Below, piece by piece: positions 17,025 to 24,044 of a DNA stretch of 26,915 bases. This DNA comes from a virus (Duplodnaviria > Caudoviricetes): the IMG/VR virus record IMGVR_UViG_3300044769_000127, positions 1 to 26,915 of that record. One strand, 5' to 3'. Each line of letters opens with the position of its first letter. The first letter of the stretch is position 1. The notes under the pieces are model-generated. The model was given only the letters and a program-made list of their open reading frames with translations. It was not told the origin of the DNA and made no database searches. The position numbers and the translations under genes were made by a program.

Positions 17025-17279
17025 CTACAGGCGGAACGCTCGCCGTGTGGCTGTCGTGACGATCTTCACGCGGATCATGAGGCGGCCGATGCCGATGCCG
17101 AGGATCAGCCCGATTGACAGCCACCCCCACATCGGTTCGGTGCCGGTCGGCTGTGTCTCTAGCCCGGCGGGTTGCGTCCCGGCCACCGGGGGCAGGGTGC
17201 CGGTACCGACGGCGGTGGTCGGCGCGGCGAGCGCAGGGGTGTCGGTGGTTGGCGGATCGGTCGTCCAGGCGTAGGTCAC
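17025..17279 (-). CDS. Small Thr/Pro-rich protein with C-terminal TM, 84 aa (MTYAWTTDPP...)
   Basis: GTGA overlap at 17279-17276; TM 'WGWLSIGLILGIGIG' plus basic tail. Confidence 0.62.
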   Translation of the reverse strand: MTYAWTTDPPTTDTPALAAPTTAVGTGTLPPVAGTQPAGLETQPTGTEPMWGWLSIGLILGIGIGRLMIRVKIVTTATRRAFRL

Positions 17280-17431
17280 AGCGGGCAGGCCCCTACGTTG
17301 CGGCGGTGGTCGCCCGACGTGAACCCGCAGGTGTTGCAGGCGTGGACGTGCCAGCCGACAGCGGTCGGGTGCGGTTCGCAGCGGTCCACGTCGTCGGAGC
17401 CGCAGGCCGGGCAGCGCAGCGCGGCAGGCAT
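17276..17431 (-). CDS. Zinc-ribbon protein, 51 aa (MPAALRCPACGSDDV...ACNTCGF...); absent from ORF track
   Basis: Translated by hand; CPAC...CNTC; TGATG and GTGA overlaps at both ends. Confidence 0.7.
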   Translation of the reverse strand: MPAALRCPACGSDDVDRCEPHPTAVGWHVHACNTCGFTSGDHRRNVGACPL

Positions 17432-17598
17432 CAGGTGCCCCGCGAGTGGTGGACGTGTCCAAGGCTCATGTTGCGGGCCATCCGGTGCTTCTCGGCCGGC
17501 GAGGGCGCATCGCCCGGCGGGTAGCCATGCTCGGACACGTAGGCGTCATATTCGGCCTTCGTCATGGTGCGCTCGTCCTTCGGGGCGGCGGGCATCAT
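17431..17598 (-). CDS. Hypothetical protein, 55 aa (MMPAAPKDERTMTKAEYDAYVSEHG...); absent from ORF track
   Basis: Translated by hand; coupled at both ends. Confidence 0.58.
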   Translation of the reverse strand: MMPAAPKDERTMTKAEYDAYVSEHGYPPGDAPSPAEKHRMARNMSLGHVHHSRGT

Positions 17599-17693
17599 CG
17601 ACCGCCGCGCCGGCGGATGGCCCCGCCGACGATCGGGCCGGCGATACAGGCGGCGGTGAACCAGGCTGCCAGGAGTCCGAGGGCGGCGGTCAT
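17595..17693 (-). CDS. Tiny membrane peptide, 32 aa (MTAALGLLAAWFTAACIAGPIVGGAIRRRGGR)
   Basis: ATGA overlaps at both ends; one TM plus basic tail. Confidence 0.6.
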   Translation of the reverse strand: MTAALGLLAAWFTAACIAGPIVGGAIRRRGGR

Positions 17694-18055
17694 CGTTCCC
17701 AGCCCCGGGCGAGGTCGAGTAGGGCGACGTTCGCTTCGGCTGCCGTGTCGAACGGGCCGGCCGCGAGCATGTGTTCCTCGGGGAGCGGCGCGGAACAGAC
17801 CTTCACGTCGGCCGACGCGTGGGGGGCGTGCGGGTTGGAGAGGACCCATGCGACGACGTAGCCGGCCAGGTGGCGAGCCCCGTTGTCCCGCGGGTCCCGC
17901 GGGTCCCGCCGGGGTGTAGCCCCGTTGGACGGGTGGGACTTGCGCCACTCCCGCATGTAGGCGGCGTGGCGCGCTCGGCGGTCGGCGGCAGAGCCACGCG
18001 ATGTTTCACGTGCAACGTCAGCCACGTCGGCCGGGTGGGGCCGGTGGGCGCTCAT
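17690..18055 (-). CDS. Hypothetical protein, 121 aa
   Basis: Basic helix 'RHAAYMREWRK', RDP repeat, C-terminal 'GPFDTAAEA'; coupled junctions. Confidence 0.65.
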   Translation of the reverse strand: MSAHRPHPADVADVARETSRGSAADRRARHAAYMREWRKSHPSNGATPRRDPRDPRDNGARHLAGYVVAWVLSNPHAPHASADVKVCSAPLPEEHMLAAGPFDTAAEANVALLDLARGWER

Positions 18056-18093
18056 GATGGGGCGAGCCGGGCGAACCCGCGGGTGGTGCTCAT
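18052..18093 (-). CDS. 13-aa mini-ORF (MSTTRGFARLAPS)
   Basis: CAGGAGG RBS; ATGA overlaps at both ends, exactly bridging the two flanking genes. Confidence 0.5.
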   Translation of the reverse strand: MSTTRGFARLAPS

Positions 18094-18308
18094 GCGGTGG
18101 CCTCCTGGCAGGTTGGGCAAGCGGTAGTGGCGAGGCGGGCCTTGGCGGCGGCGATCACGGCGCGATAGGTGCGCTTGTCGCCGTGCCGGCGGGACCACTG
18201 GTGGTCCTCGGTGCGGACCCTGACCTGGTGCCCGCAGGGGCGGGCGAGAACGATGAAGTAGCCGTTATCGGGTACTGCGACGGTGGTGCGGGTGGTGGTG
18301 GCTTCCAT
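18090..18308 (-). CDS. Small zinc-binding protein, 72 aa (MEATTTRTT...PCGH...CPTC)
   Basis: ATG 7 nt after TAGAGT -10. Confidence 0.72.
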   Translation of the reverse strand: MEATTTRTTVAVPDNGYFIVLARPCGHQVRVRTEDHQWSRRHGDKRTYRAVIAAAKARLATTACPTCQEATA

Positions 18309-18315
18309 GCCAGCC

Positions 18316-18345
18316 ACTCTAGCACCGCTGGGGTGGGGGTGGCAA
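18316..18345 (-). promoter_or_regulatory. Conserved leaderless promoter copy 3: TTGCCA-N18-TAGAGT-N7-ATG
   Basis: Contains CCCAGCGGTGCTAGAGT as in copy 1. Confidence 0.8.
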
Positions 18346-18361
18346 GGGGCCGGCGGGGCCA

Positions 18362-18859
18362 TCAGTGCCACGCCCGCTCGCGGCGACCCGGGCGGGGCAC
18401 CACCTCCATGTAGCCGGCCCGGCTATGGGCGAGCCGCCACAGGTACTGAGGCGTCGGGAGTTTCCCGGACTTCTTGGCGTTGTGTGGCCGGCACAACGCC
18501 TGCCCGTTCCCGAGGGTGGTCGGCCCACCGAACGCCCACGGGTACACGTGGTCGGCTTCCAGCTGCACGCCTGGCGCACCGTGGCGGGCCTCGCAACGCT
18601 TCCAGCCGTCCACCCATTCGCACTGGTAGCCGGCCCGGGCAATGATCGCGGCCCGCTCATCCGGCGTGAACCCCCTCCTGCTGTCCCTCGGACGATGAGA
18701 CCGGGCCACGCGCCGGGCCCATCCCACCATCCTCGGGACAGCTAGGAGGACCGCAGCTGCCATCCTCCGTCCCCGTCGCGCACGGGCGATGAGGACGAAG
18801 GCGGCCGCTGCGATCAACTGCCACGGTACCGACAGCCCGTGGTACGTCAACGCGATCAT
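18362..18859 (-). CDS. HNH endonuclease with N-terminal hydrophobic anchor, 165 aa
   Basis: 'RRGFT...IIARAGYQCE', 'EADHVYPWAFGGPTTLGNGQALCRPHNAKK'; TGATG overlap at start. Confidence 0.85.
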   Translation of the reverse strand: MIALTYHGLSVPWQLIAAAAFVLIARARRGRRMAAAVLLAVPRMVGWARRVARSHRPRDSRRGFTPDERAAIIARAGYQCEWVDGWKRCEARHGAPGVQLEADHVYPWAFGGPTTLGNGQALCRPHNAKKSGKLPTPQYLWRLAHSRAGYMEVVPRPGRRERAWH

Positions 18860-19170
18860 CAGTCGGGCATGGCGTCGGGGACGCCCGGGTGGCCGCCGAG
18901 GCCGCTTGTCTCCGGATGCCAGATGCAGACCAGCACATCGGGGTGGACCGTGATCGTGAACTGGACCGTGAACCCGTGGCCATCAGGGTCGGTGGCTTGC
19001 TGCGTGCAGTCGAGCAGGGTGGCGTCGGGGGCGTGGTGGATGGCGGCCAGCTGCCCGCGTTGCGTGTGGCCCAACACCTTCGGGTCGCCCATGACGAGGG
19101 CCCCCAACATGGGGCCGGCGAGCAGCCGGGCCGGGATGGTCAGATCGGGGGTGTCGAGGTCGGCGCTCAT
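18859..19170 (-). CDS. Hypothetical protein, 103 aa (MSADLDTPD...)
   Basis: ATGA overlap at 19170-19167. Confidence 0.62.
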   Translation of the reverse strand: MSADLDTPDLTIPARLLAGPMLGALVMGDPKVLGHTQRGQLAAIHHAPDATLLDCTQQATDPDGHGFTVQFTITVHPDVLVCIWHPETSGLGGHPGVPDAMPD

Positions 19171-19394
19171 GGATGCACCACCTGCACCTGGACCGTTGCC
19201 CGCACCCACGTTGAGCGCACCTCGCGGCCGGCCCGGTCGATGCGTTCCGACACGGACGAGACGATGGCCGGCACATCGATCGGTGGGCCGCCAGGTGCCT
19301 GGATTCGCAACGTGACGGCGGTCCCGAGGTCGAGGGTTGGGCCGGTTAGCTGCACCTCGAACGCATCGACTGCGACACGGGTAGTGATGGTCAT
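19167..19394 (-). CDS. Hypothetical beta-rich protein, 75 aa (MTITTRVAV...)
   Basis: CAGGAGG RBS before ATG 19394. Confidence 0.65.
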   Translation of the reverse strand: MTITTRVAVDAFEVQLTGPTLDLGTAVTLRIQAPGGPPIDVPAIVSSVSERIDRAGREVRSTWVRATVQVQVVHP

Positions 19395-19418
19395 GGTTGG
19401 GGCCTCCTGTGCGCCCTG

Positions 19419-19467
19419 GCGGTCGCCCGGGGCAGGGTGGGCGCTTGCCCCTGCCCCGGACGGCTGC
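19419..19467. other. Intergenic inverted repeat/hairpin downstream of DUF932 gene
   Basis: CCGGGGCAGGG (19427-19437) / CCCTGCCCCGG (19449-19459), with G-T-containing outer extension. Confidence 0.6.
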
Positions 19468-19474
19468 GGGACGC

Positions 19475-20593
19475 TCAGGAGGCACCGGCGAACGTCAGGG
19501 CCAGGCGGCCGAGGCGCAGCTGGTCGCCGGTTGCGTCCGCGATCGCGGCGAGCACCTTCGCGTCGGCTTTGGCGGTCGCCCCGTCGATGACGTTCATCAT
19601 GTTCCGTTCGGCCCGGTGGCCTACGCCACGCACCGTCGAGTCGTGATGCTGGTACGTGTTGAAGGCCTGCACCACGCCGAGGGCGGTACCCCACCAGGTG
19701 GAGGCCCGCTCGTCGGACAGGTACAGATGCCGGACACGGGCCCGCTTCTTGTCGGCCAACGCCACAGCGTGCGCCGTCGCTTCTTTGCCGGTGGGGATCG
19801 GGGCCAACTGGTCGACGATCTTGCCGAACTCCTGATCGGTGATCTCCCACTCGCACAGCTGCCGGATGGCGTCACTGATCGAGTCGGTGGCCTTGTAGAT
19901 GAGCCCCAACGTTTCGCGGGCCTCAGCGACCTTCAGCCGGGAGTGCCGCGAGTGTTGCACCCGCACCATGGGCCCGGCCTCAGCCATCCCGATTTCGAGG
20001 GTGTTGTCGCACACGACAGCCTGGAAGCACAGCTTCGCCCGGCTGGCCATCGACCCGTTGAACGAGGTCGCGGCGACGACGAACGGCCGGAACGTGAACC
20101 CTTGCGGAGTCTCGATGCTGTCGGGGAGCTCCACCTGCACCCAGGCCTTCGCCCGGTTCTGCAGGAGCCCGGCCGAGCCGATGCCCAGGTCGTCGTCCAG
20201 CAGGTTGCTGAGCGTCGCGATGCACCAGTCCTGATACTGGTGGCCGACGTAGCCGGGGGCGTGGTGCCCTAGCTTCGTGTCGTCGTCGGATGCCAGCCAG
20301 TAGCGGTCCTGCGGGATGATGACCACCCGGTACAGCTGCCCGTCGATGGCGACCGTCGTGTCTGTGTCGGTGGTGGGGTCGCCGGGTTGGATGGGGACCA
20401 GGCCGGCGGCGGGGCGGGCCTCGGCTGTGAAGTGGAACAGGCGGCGGATCACGTCCTCGACGGGGATCGCACCCGGGTAGTGGTTCGGCTCGTCGCCCTG
20501 GTCGGCGGCCCGGTAGTGCCAGGCGGTGCCGCGCTTCTCGGTGAACCCGATGAGGGTGTTCGTGTTGAGCCAGATCATGGACTCTTTGCTCAT
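19475..20593 (-). CDS. DUF932-family (TIGR03299-like phage/plasmid) protein, ~372 aa
   Basis: 'AWHYRA...NHYPGAIPVEDV', 'SAGLLQNRAKAWVQ', 'ATSFNGS', 'VVCDNTL', 'WWGTALGVVQAFNTYQHH'; AAGGGAG RBS before ATG 20593. Confidence 0.85.
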   Translation of the reverse strand: MSKESMIWLNTNTLIGFTEKRGTAWHYRAADQGDEPNHYPGAIPVEDVIRRLFHFTAEARPAAGLVPIQPGDPTTDTDTTVAIDGQLYRVVIIPQDRYWLASDDDTKLGHHAPGYVGHQYQDWCIATLSNLLDDDLGIGSAGLLQNRAKAWVQVELPDSIETPQGFTFRPFVVAATSFNGSMASRAKLCFQAVVCDNTLEIGMAEAGPMVRVQHSRHSRLKVAEARETLGLIYKATDSISDAIRQLCEWEITDQEFGKIVDQLAPIPTGKEATAHAVALADKKRARVRHLYLSDERASTWWGTALGVVQAFNTYQHHDSTVRGVGHRAERNMMNVIDGATAKADAKVLAAIADATGDQLRLGRLALTFAGAS

Positions 20594-20638
20594 GGTGGTG
20601 CTCCCTTGCGGTTGGGCCGTAGCGGCCATGTGCCACCC

Positions 20639-20668
20639 ACTCTAGCGCAGGCGTGCTACAGGGTGCAA
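20639..20668 (-). promoter_or_regulatory. Related promoter: TTGCAC-N18-TAGAGT, driving the DUF932 unit (probably leadered)
   Basis: Same -10 and similar -35 as copies 1-3 but without the CAGCGGTGC box. Confidence 0.7.
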
Positions 20669-20679
20669 CCGCAGCTGTG

Positions 20680-21120
20680 CTAGAAGCGGCCGGGGCGTAG
20701 CTGGTGGATGCGTTGCCGCGACACACCGAACATGGCGGCCAGCTGCCCAGCCGGCAAGGTGGACACCTGGATGCGGACCACATCGGCCCCGGACAGCTTC
20801 CGGGTGGTCGCCTGGCGGCAACGCAACGCCAGATGCGACGGCGCGCAACACAGGTCATCGGTGCAGGTGCGGGCCACCACCGGTGTCTCCGGCGGCGGCG
20901 GCCCGTTGAGGGCGATCCAGACGGCCCGGTGGGCATCCTCGGGGCGTACACCGCGGGCAGGGTCCGGGGCGGTGCCCTTCGTGGGGCGGCCAACCGGGGC
21001 CGGCATCCAGTGGCGGTGCCCGTCACGGTCACGGTCAGTCAGGTGGTCAAGGAACGCCATCTGGTAGGCGGCCTCAGGTGCCGCGTCGGGGGTGGGGCGG
21101 CGCACACGTGTCGGGCTCAC
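20680..21120 (-). CDS. Degenerate HNH (His-Me finger) protein with C-terminal HTH, 146 aa
   Basis: 'AHRAVWIALNGPPP..VVARTCTDDLCCAPSHL' plus 'KLSGADVVRI...GQLAAMFGVSRQRIHQL'. Confidence 0.75.
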   Translation of the reverse strand: MSPTRVRRPTPDAAPEAAYQMAFLDHLTDRDRDGHRHWMPAPVGRPTKGTAPDPARGVRPEDAHRAVWIALNGPPPPETPVVARTCTDDLCCAPSHLALRCRQATTRKLSGADVVRIQVSTLPAGQLAAMFGVSRQRIHQLRPGRF

Positions 21121-21521
21121 GGTGCCGGCTCCTGCGGGCAGTAGCGGCCGCCTGCTTCCTCATCGGTCAGGCCGGCGACCGCGGCGACGATCCCGGCGTG
21201 GCCGTAGGCGGCGACCCACTCCATCAGGCCGGCCCGGATCGTGTCGTGCTCCGGGTGTAAGGCAGCGGCGAGCACCACGTACCCTTGGCCCTGTAGTTCC
21301 TCCAAGGTGGGGCGAGCGAATGTGGCGGTTTCGCCCTGTAGCCACACCTTGACCCGATACTTGGATAGGGCCGGGCCGTGCTCGCGTTGGCGGGCTTCGT
21401 TGACGGCGGCCGGCGGCCGGTTGGGGTCTTTCGCCGGGTCGTAGCCGGCGGCGGCTTCCCGGTTGCGGCGGCGGGCCTCCCGGTTCGATTTCGGCGGCTC
21501 GGGCGGATACTGGTCAGCCAT
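21117..21521 (-). CDS. Hypothetical protein, 134 aa
   Basis: CAGGAGG RBS; coupled junctions. Confidence 0.68.
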   Translation of the reverse strand: MADQYPPEPPKSNREARRRNREAAAGYDPAKDPNRPPAAVNEARQREHGPALSKYRVKVWLQGETATFARPTLEELQGQGYVVLAAALHPEHDTIRAGLMEWVAAYGHAGIVAAVAGLTDEEAGGRYCPQEPAP

Positions 21522-22239
21522 GGGGGGCCTCCTGGTGGGGGTGGGGCAGGTCGAGCACCTGATGCCAGTCGACCTGTTCGGGGTCGTCGAGTCCGGCGGC
21601 GAGCGCGTCGAGCCGGTCGGCGGCGATGTGGAGGGTCAGGCCGGCGATGCCCCTGCCGGTCGCGTCGTCGTAGCTGCCGTTCGCCCGGTGGTCGTGTGGG
21701 GCGAGCCCGAAACGGGCCCGGACAGCGGCACGGGCGTCGTCAGCGATCGCGTGGCGTCGTTGCCGTTCGGCTAGGTCCGCGGCTTGTGCGGCGGCGACCG
21801 TCGCGGCCTGCTCGCGGCGGGCTTCGGCGGCGACACGTTCCGCTTCGACCCGTGCGGCGACGGCCGCGACGGTCGCATCGTCCCACGGGCCCCGCAGGTC
21901 GCGGAGACGCACGGCGCGGGGTTCGCCCATGGCGTCCATCCACTGCACCGACCACGGCTTGTAGTTGTGATGGTGGTTGGTGACGGTCGCCCCGGGGTGA
22001 TCGGCGGCGCAGGCTTCGGCTTCGGCCTGTGTGGCGAACCCGCGGGTTTCGTCAACGTCACGGAACGCCACGATCACCTCGATAGCAGCCGGCTTCCAGC
22101 CGTAGCGCGACGGGATTTCCTGCACCGCGACCATGGTCACCCGGACGCAGCGGCCGAGGTCGGCCGCCGGGTCGAACCGGCGAGAGTAGTTCCGGAGGTA
22201 GGCGTAATCGTCTCCCGGGACCAGGTCACGGCGCAGCAT
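21514..22239 (-). CDS. Hypothetical protein, ~241 aa (MLRRDLVPGDDYAY...)
   Basis: CAGGAG RBS before ATG 22239; beta-rich N-terminus then coiled coil. Confidence 0.7.
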   Translation of the reverse strand: MLRRDLVPGDDYAYLRNYSRRFDPAADLGRCVRVTMVAVQEIPSRYGWKPAAIEVIVAFRDVDETRGFATQAEAEACAADHPGATVTNHHHNYKPWSVQWMDAMGEPRAVRLRDLRGPWDDATVAAVAARVEAERVAAEARREQAATVAAAQAADLAERQRRHAIADDARAAVRARFGLAPHDHRANGSYDDATGRGIAGLTLHIAADRLDALAAGLDDPEQVDWHQVLDLPHPHQEAPHG

Positions 22240-22549
22240 GGTTGTCTCCTGCCGGGTGGGGGCGACGCGATGGGCGGCCGCCGTCATCGAGGTTGTAGCC
22301 GGGCCCGATCGCGACGGCGAGTGTCGCGGCGAGCCGGTCGTAGCGGGCCATCGCGACGAGGGTGGCGTCACGGCAGCCGGGTTCCGGTATGAACGTGCCT
22401 TCCTTCGCTTTCTGGCGGGCCTTGCGGGCGTACGCGACACGGACCAGGCGGGCCAAGCTGAGCAGCTGGCCGCGGGTCAGCCGGATGGTGATGGCTTCGC
22501 TGAGGGGGCCTGGCTGATCGGCGGCCAAGTCGAGCGGGACGCCGGTCAC
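22226..22549 (-). CDS. Hypothetical protein, 107 aa
   Basis: GTGA overlap with upstream gene; helical, basic. Confidence 0.6.
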   Translation of the reverse strand: MTGVPLDLAADQPGPLSEAITIRLTRGQLLSLARLVRVAYARKARQKAKEGTFIPEPGCRDATLVAMARYDRLAATLAVAIGPGYNLDDGGRPSRRPHPAGDNHAAP

Positions 22550-22884
22550 AGGTCATCCCCGGTGTAGCCGCCGGGCAGGTGGAGTGCCCCGTTGCCGTCC
22601 AGCGGGTCCTCGGCTTGGAGCAGCGAAACGGTGTCCGAGGTGTGCGGCCGGATGACCAGGTGGCCGGACCCGCCTTGGTCTATGGAGCGCACCTCGATGC
22701 CGCCCGGGACGGGTGTCACCTCGATGTACGACCCGTCGCCCCACAGGTAGCGGGCCACCTGGTACCGGCGGCCGGTGCCCATCGGGAACGGCTGCGGTTG
22801 ACGGCGCTCGCCGCTGCGGCCGCCGTCGAGTACGTAGTCGAACATGATCGGGGTCGGTTCCGGCCAGGCCGGCGGGGTGGTCAT
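22546..22884 (-). CDS. Hypothetical protein, 112 aa (MTTPPAWPEP...)
   Basis: CAGGAGG RBS; ATGA overlap. Confidence 0.68.
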   Translation of the reverse strand: MTTPPAWPEPTPIMFDYVLDGGRSGERRQPQPFPMGTGRRYQVARYLWGDGSYIEVTPVPGGIEVRSIDQGGSGHLVIRPHTSDTVSLLQAEDPLDGNGALHLPGGYTGDDL

Positions 22885-23114
22885 GGTGCTACCTCCTGTA
22901 GCTGTGGGCGGGGCCGGTGGGCCTCGCGGCTCAATGTGACTTCGGGGGCGGGTGGCAGCTGCCACACATCGGGGCAGGTGTGCCCGACACGGTTGAGGGG
23001 CACGATGACGGTGACGGGGATCGGGTGGGTGGCTTTGCACCCGGAGCAGACGAGCAGGTCGGCCGGGTTGCGGTCGTAACCGGTGGCGCATCCGGTGCGA
23101 CGCGAGATGGTCAC
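22881..23114 (-). CDS. Hypothetical Cys-containing protein, 77 aa (MTISRRTGC...)
   Basis: GTGA/ATGA overlaps at both ends; CSGC...HTC. Confidence 0.58.
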   Translation of the reverse strand: MTISRRTGCATGYDRNPADLLVCSGCKATHPIPVTVIVPLNRVGHTCPDVWQLPPAPEVTLSREAHRPRPQLQEVAP

Positions 23115-23359
23115 GGTGCGGCCTCGGTGACGATCTGGCCGGGGCGGCAGTCGCGGGCCCCGTAGCCATCGAAGATGACCTGGACCCACACGGTGCCGGC
23201 CCACTCGCCGCAGCCCTCACCGCGCCAGGACTCCCGGCCGGGGGTGCCGGCCGGTACCGGGTTCACGCCCGGGATGGTGGCGCAGCTGCGGACGTGGGGG
23301 CGGGCGGCCCGGATCGCGGCTGCACGGTCGGCTGCCTCACGCCATTCGCGGCCGCTCAT
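23111..23359 (-). CDS. Hypothetical protein, 82 aa
   Basis: ATGA/GTGA overlaps. Confidence 0.62.
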   Translation of the reverse strand: MSGREWREAADRAAAIRAARPHVRSCATIPGVNPVPAGTPGRESWRGEGCGEWAGTVWVQVIFDGYGARDCRPGQIVTEAAP

Positions 23360-23688
23360 CGTCGCCCCAGCCGCTCATCATTGGCCCGGGTGTACGCCTT
23401 GTCGGCGGCGGCGGCGGCCCGGTCCTCGTCGGTCCACTCCCGCTCAGGTTCGGCCAGGTGGGCGTCAAGCCAGGTGTGCGGCACGGCGAGCATGGAGCCG
23501 GCCAGTAGCACCTCGTCGTCGTCGCTGACCAGGTCCTCGACGGTGGCGTCATCGACGGGAAGCCAGCTGCCGTCGTGGCAGCGGACAGAGTCGATGGTGA
23601 AGGGGCCGGCGTCGGCAACGCGGAGGCGGCGCAGGGTGCCGGGGTCGGCCCGCTCGGACCACGTGTAGGTGTAGGCGGTGGTGCTCAT
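23356..23688 (-). CDS. Hypothetical acidic protein, 110 aa (MSTTAYTYTW...)
   Basis: ATG 7 nt after TACACT -10; first gene of leftward operon. Confidence 0.72.
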   Translation of the reverse strand: MSTTAYTYTWSERADPGTLRRLRVADAGPFTIDSVRCHDGSWLPVDDATVEDLVSDDDEVLLAGSMLAVPHTWLDAHLAEPEREWTDEDRAAAAADKAYTRANDERLGRR

Positions 23689-23695
23689 GCCACTC

Positions 23696-23725
23696 AGTGT
23701 AGCAGCACGGGCTCGAGGTTGACAA
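23696..23725 (-). promoter_or_regulatory. Leftward leaderless promoter TTGTCA-N18-TACACT-N7-ATG
   Basis: Near-consensus -35/-10 with extended TG. Confidence 0.78.
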
Positions 23726-23746
23726 GTAGCCAGCCGCGCATTTCGC

Positions 23747-23776
23747 TTGTGCTCCTGGCCTCACCGGTGCTAGTGT
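23747..23776 (+). promoter_or_regulatory. Rightward leaderless promoter TTGTGC-N18-TAGTGT-N7-GTG
   Basis: Shares CGGTGCTAGTGT with copy 2 and GGCTGGC discriminator with copy 3. Confidence 0.75.
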
Positions 23777-23783
23777 GGCTGGC

Positions 23784-24044
23784 GTGAGCACCACCCGCAC
23801 CACAGCCCAGGAGGCCACCGTGCCCTTCGCCACTCCCGCTTTCGTCACCACCCACCAGGCCGCCACCATCCCGGCCGGGTTTCTCCCCCTCGGTACCACG
23901 GTCGCGAACGTCGGCGTCATCGTCGACAAGACCCTGACCGCCTACGTGGTCGCCCCGTTGGCCGGCGGCAGCGACACGATCGTGCCGTTCTGCCAGGTAC
24001 ACGGCCAGCCCGCCCCGGTCGCCCCGCTGGTGCTGTTCGCATGA
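23784..24044 (+). CDS. Hypothetical protein, 86 aa (MSTTRTTAQE...)
   Basis: GTG 7 nt after -10; an internal AGGAGG-GTG start at 23820 is an alternative. Confidence 0.68.
   Translation: MSTTRTTAQEATVPFATPAFVTTHQAATIPAGFLPLGTTVANVGVIVDKTLTAYVVAPLAGGSDTIVPFCQVHGQPAPVAPLVLFA

Noticed and set aside
17025-17279. Second sortase substrate ('QPTG' + TM + basic tail)
   Set aside because: No LPxTG match and no signal peptide; kept only as a small membrane protein.
17885-17910. GTCCCGCGG tandem repeat
   Set aside because: Under three copies, in-frame RDP peptide repeat; likely slippage.
8225-18345. Repeated CTAGCACCGCTGGG as CRISPR repeat or att site
   Set aside because: Copies are kilobases apart, not regularly spaced, and always sit in -35/-10 geometry ahead of a start codon; no cas or integrase seen.
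19980-21032. 350-aa minus-strand ORF and 291-aa plus-strand ORF (19397-20272)
   Set aside because: Alternative frames over DUF932 and the HNH-HTH gene; Arg/Pro-rich, no motifs.
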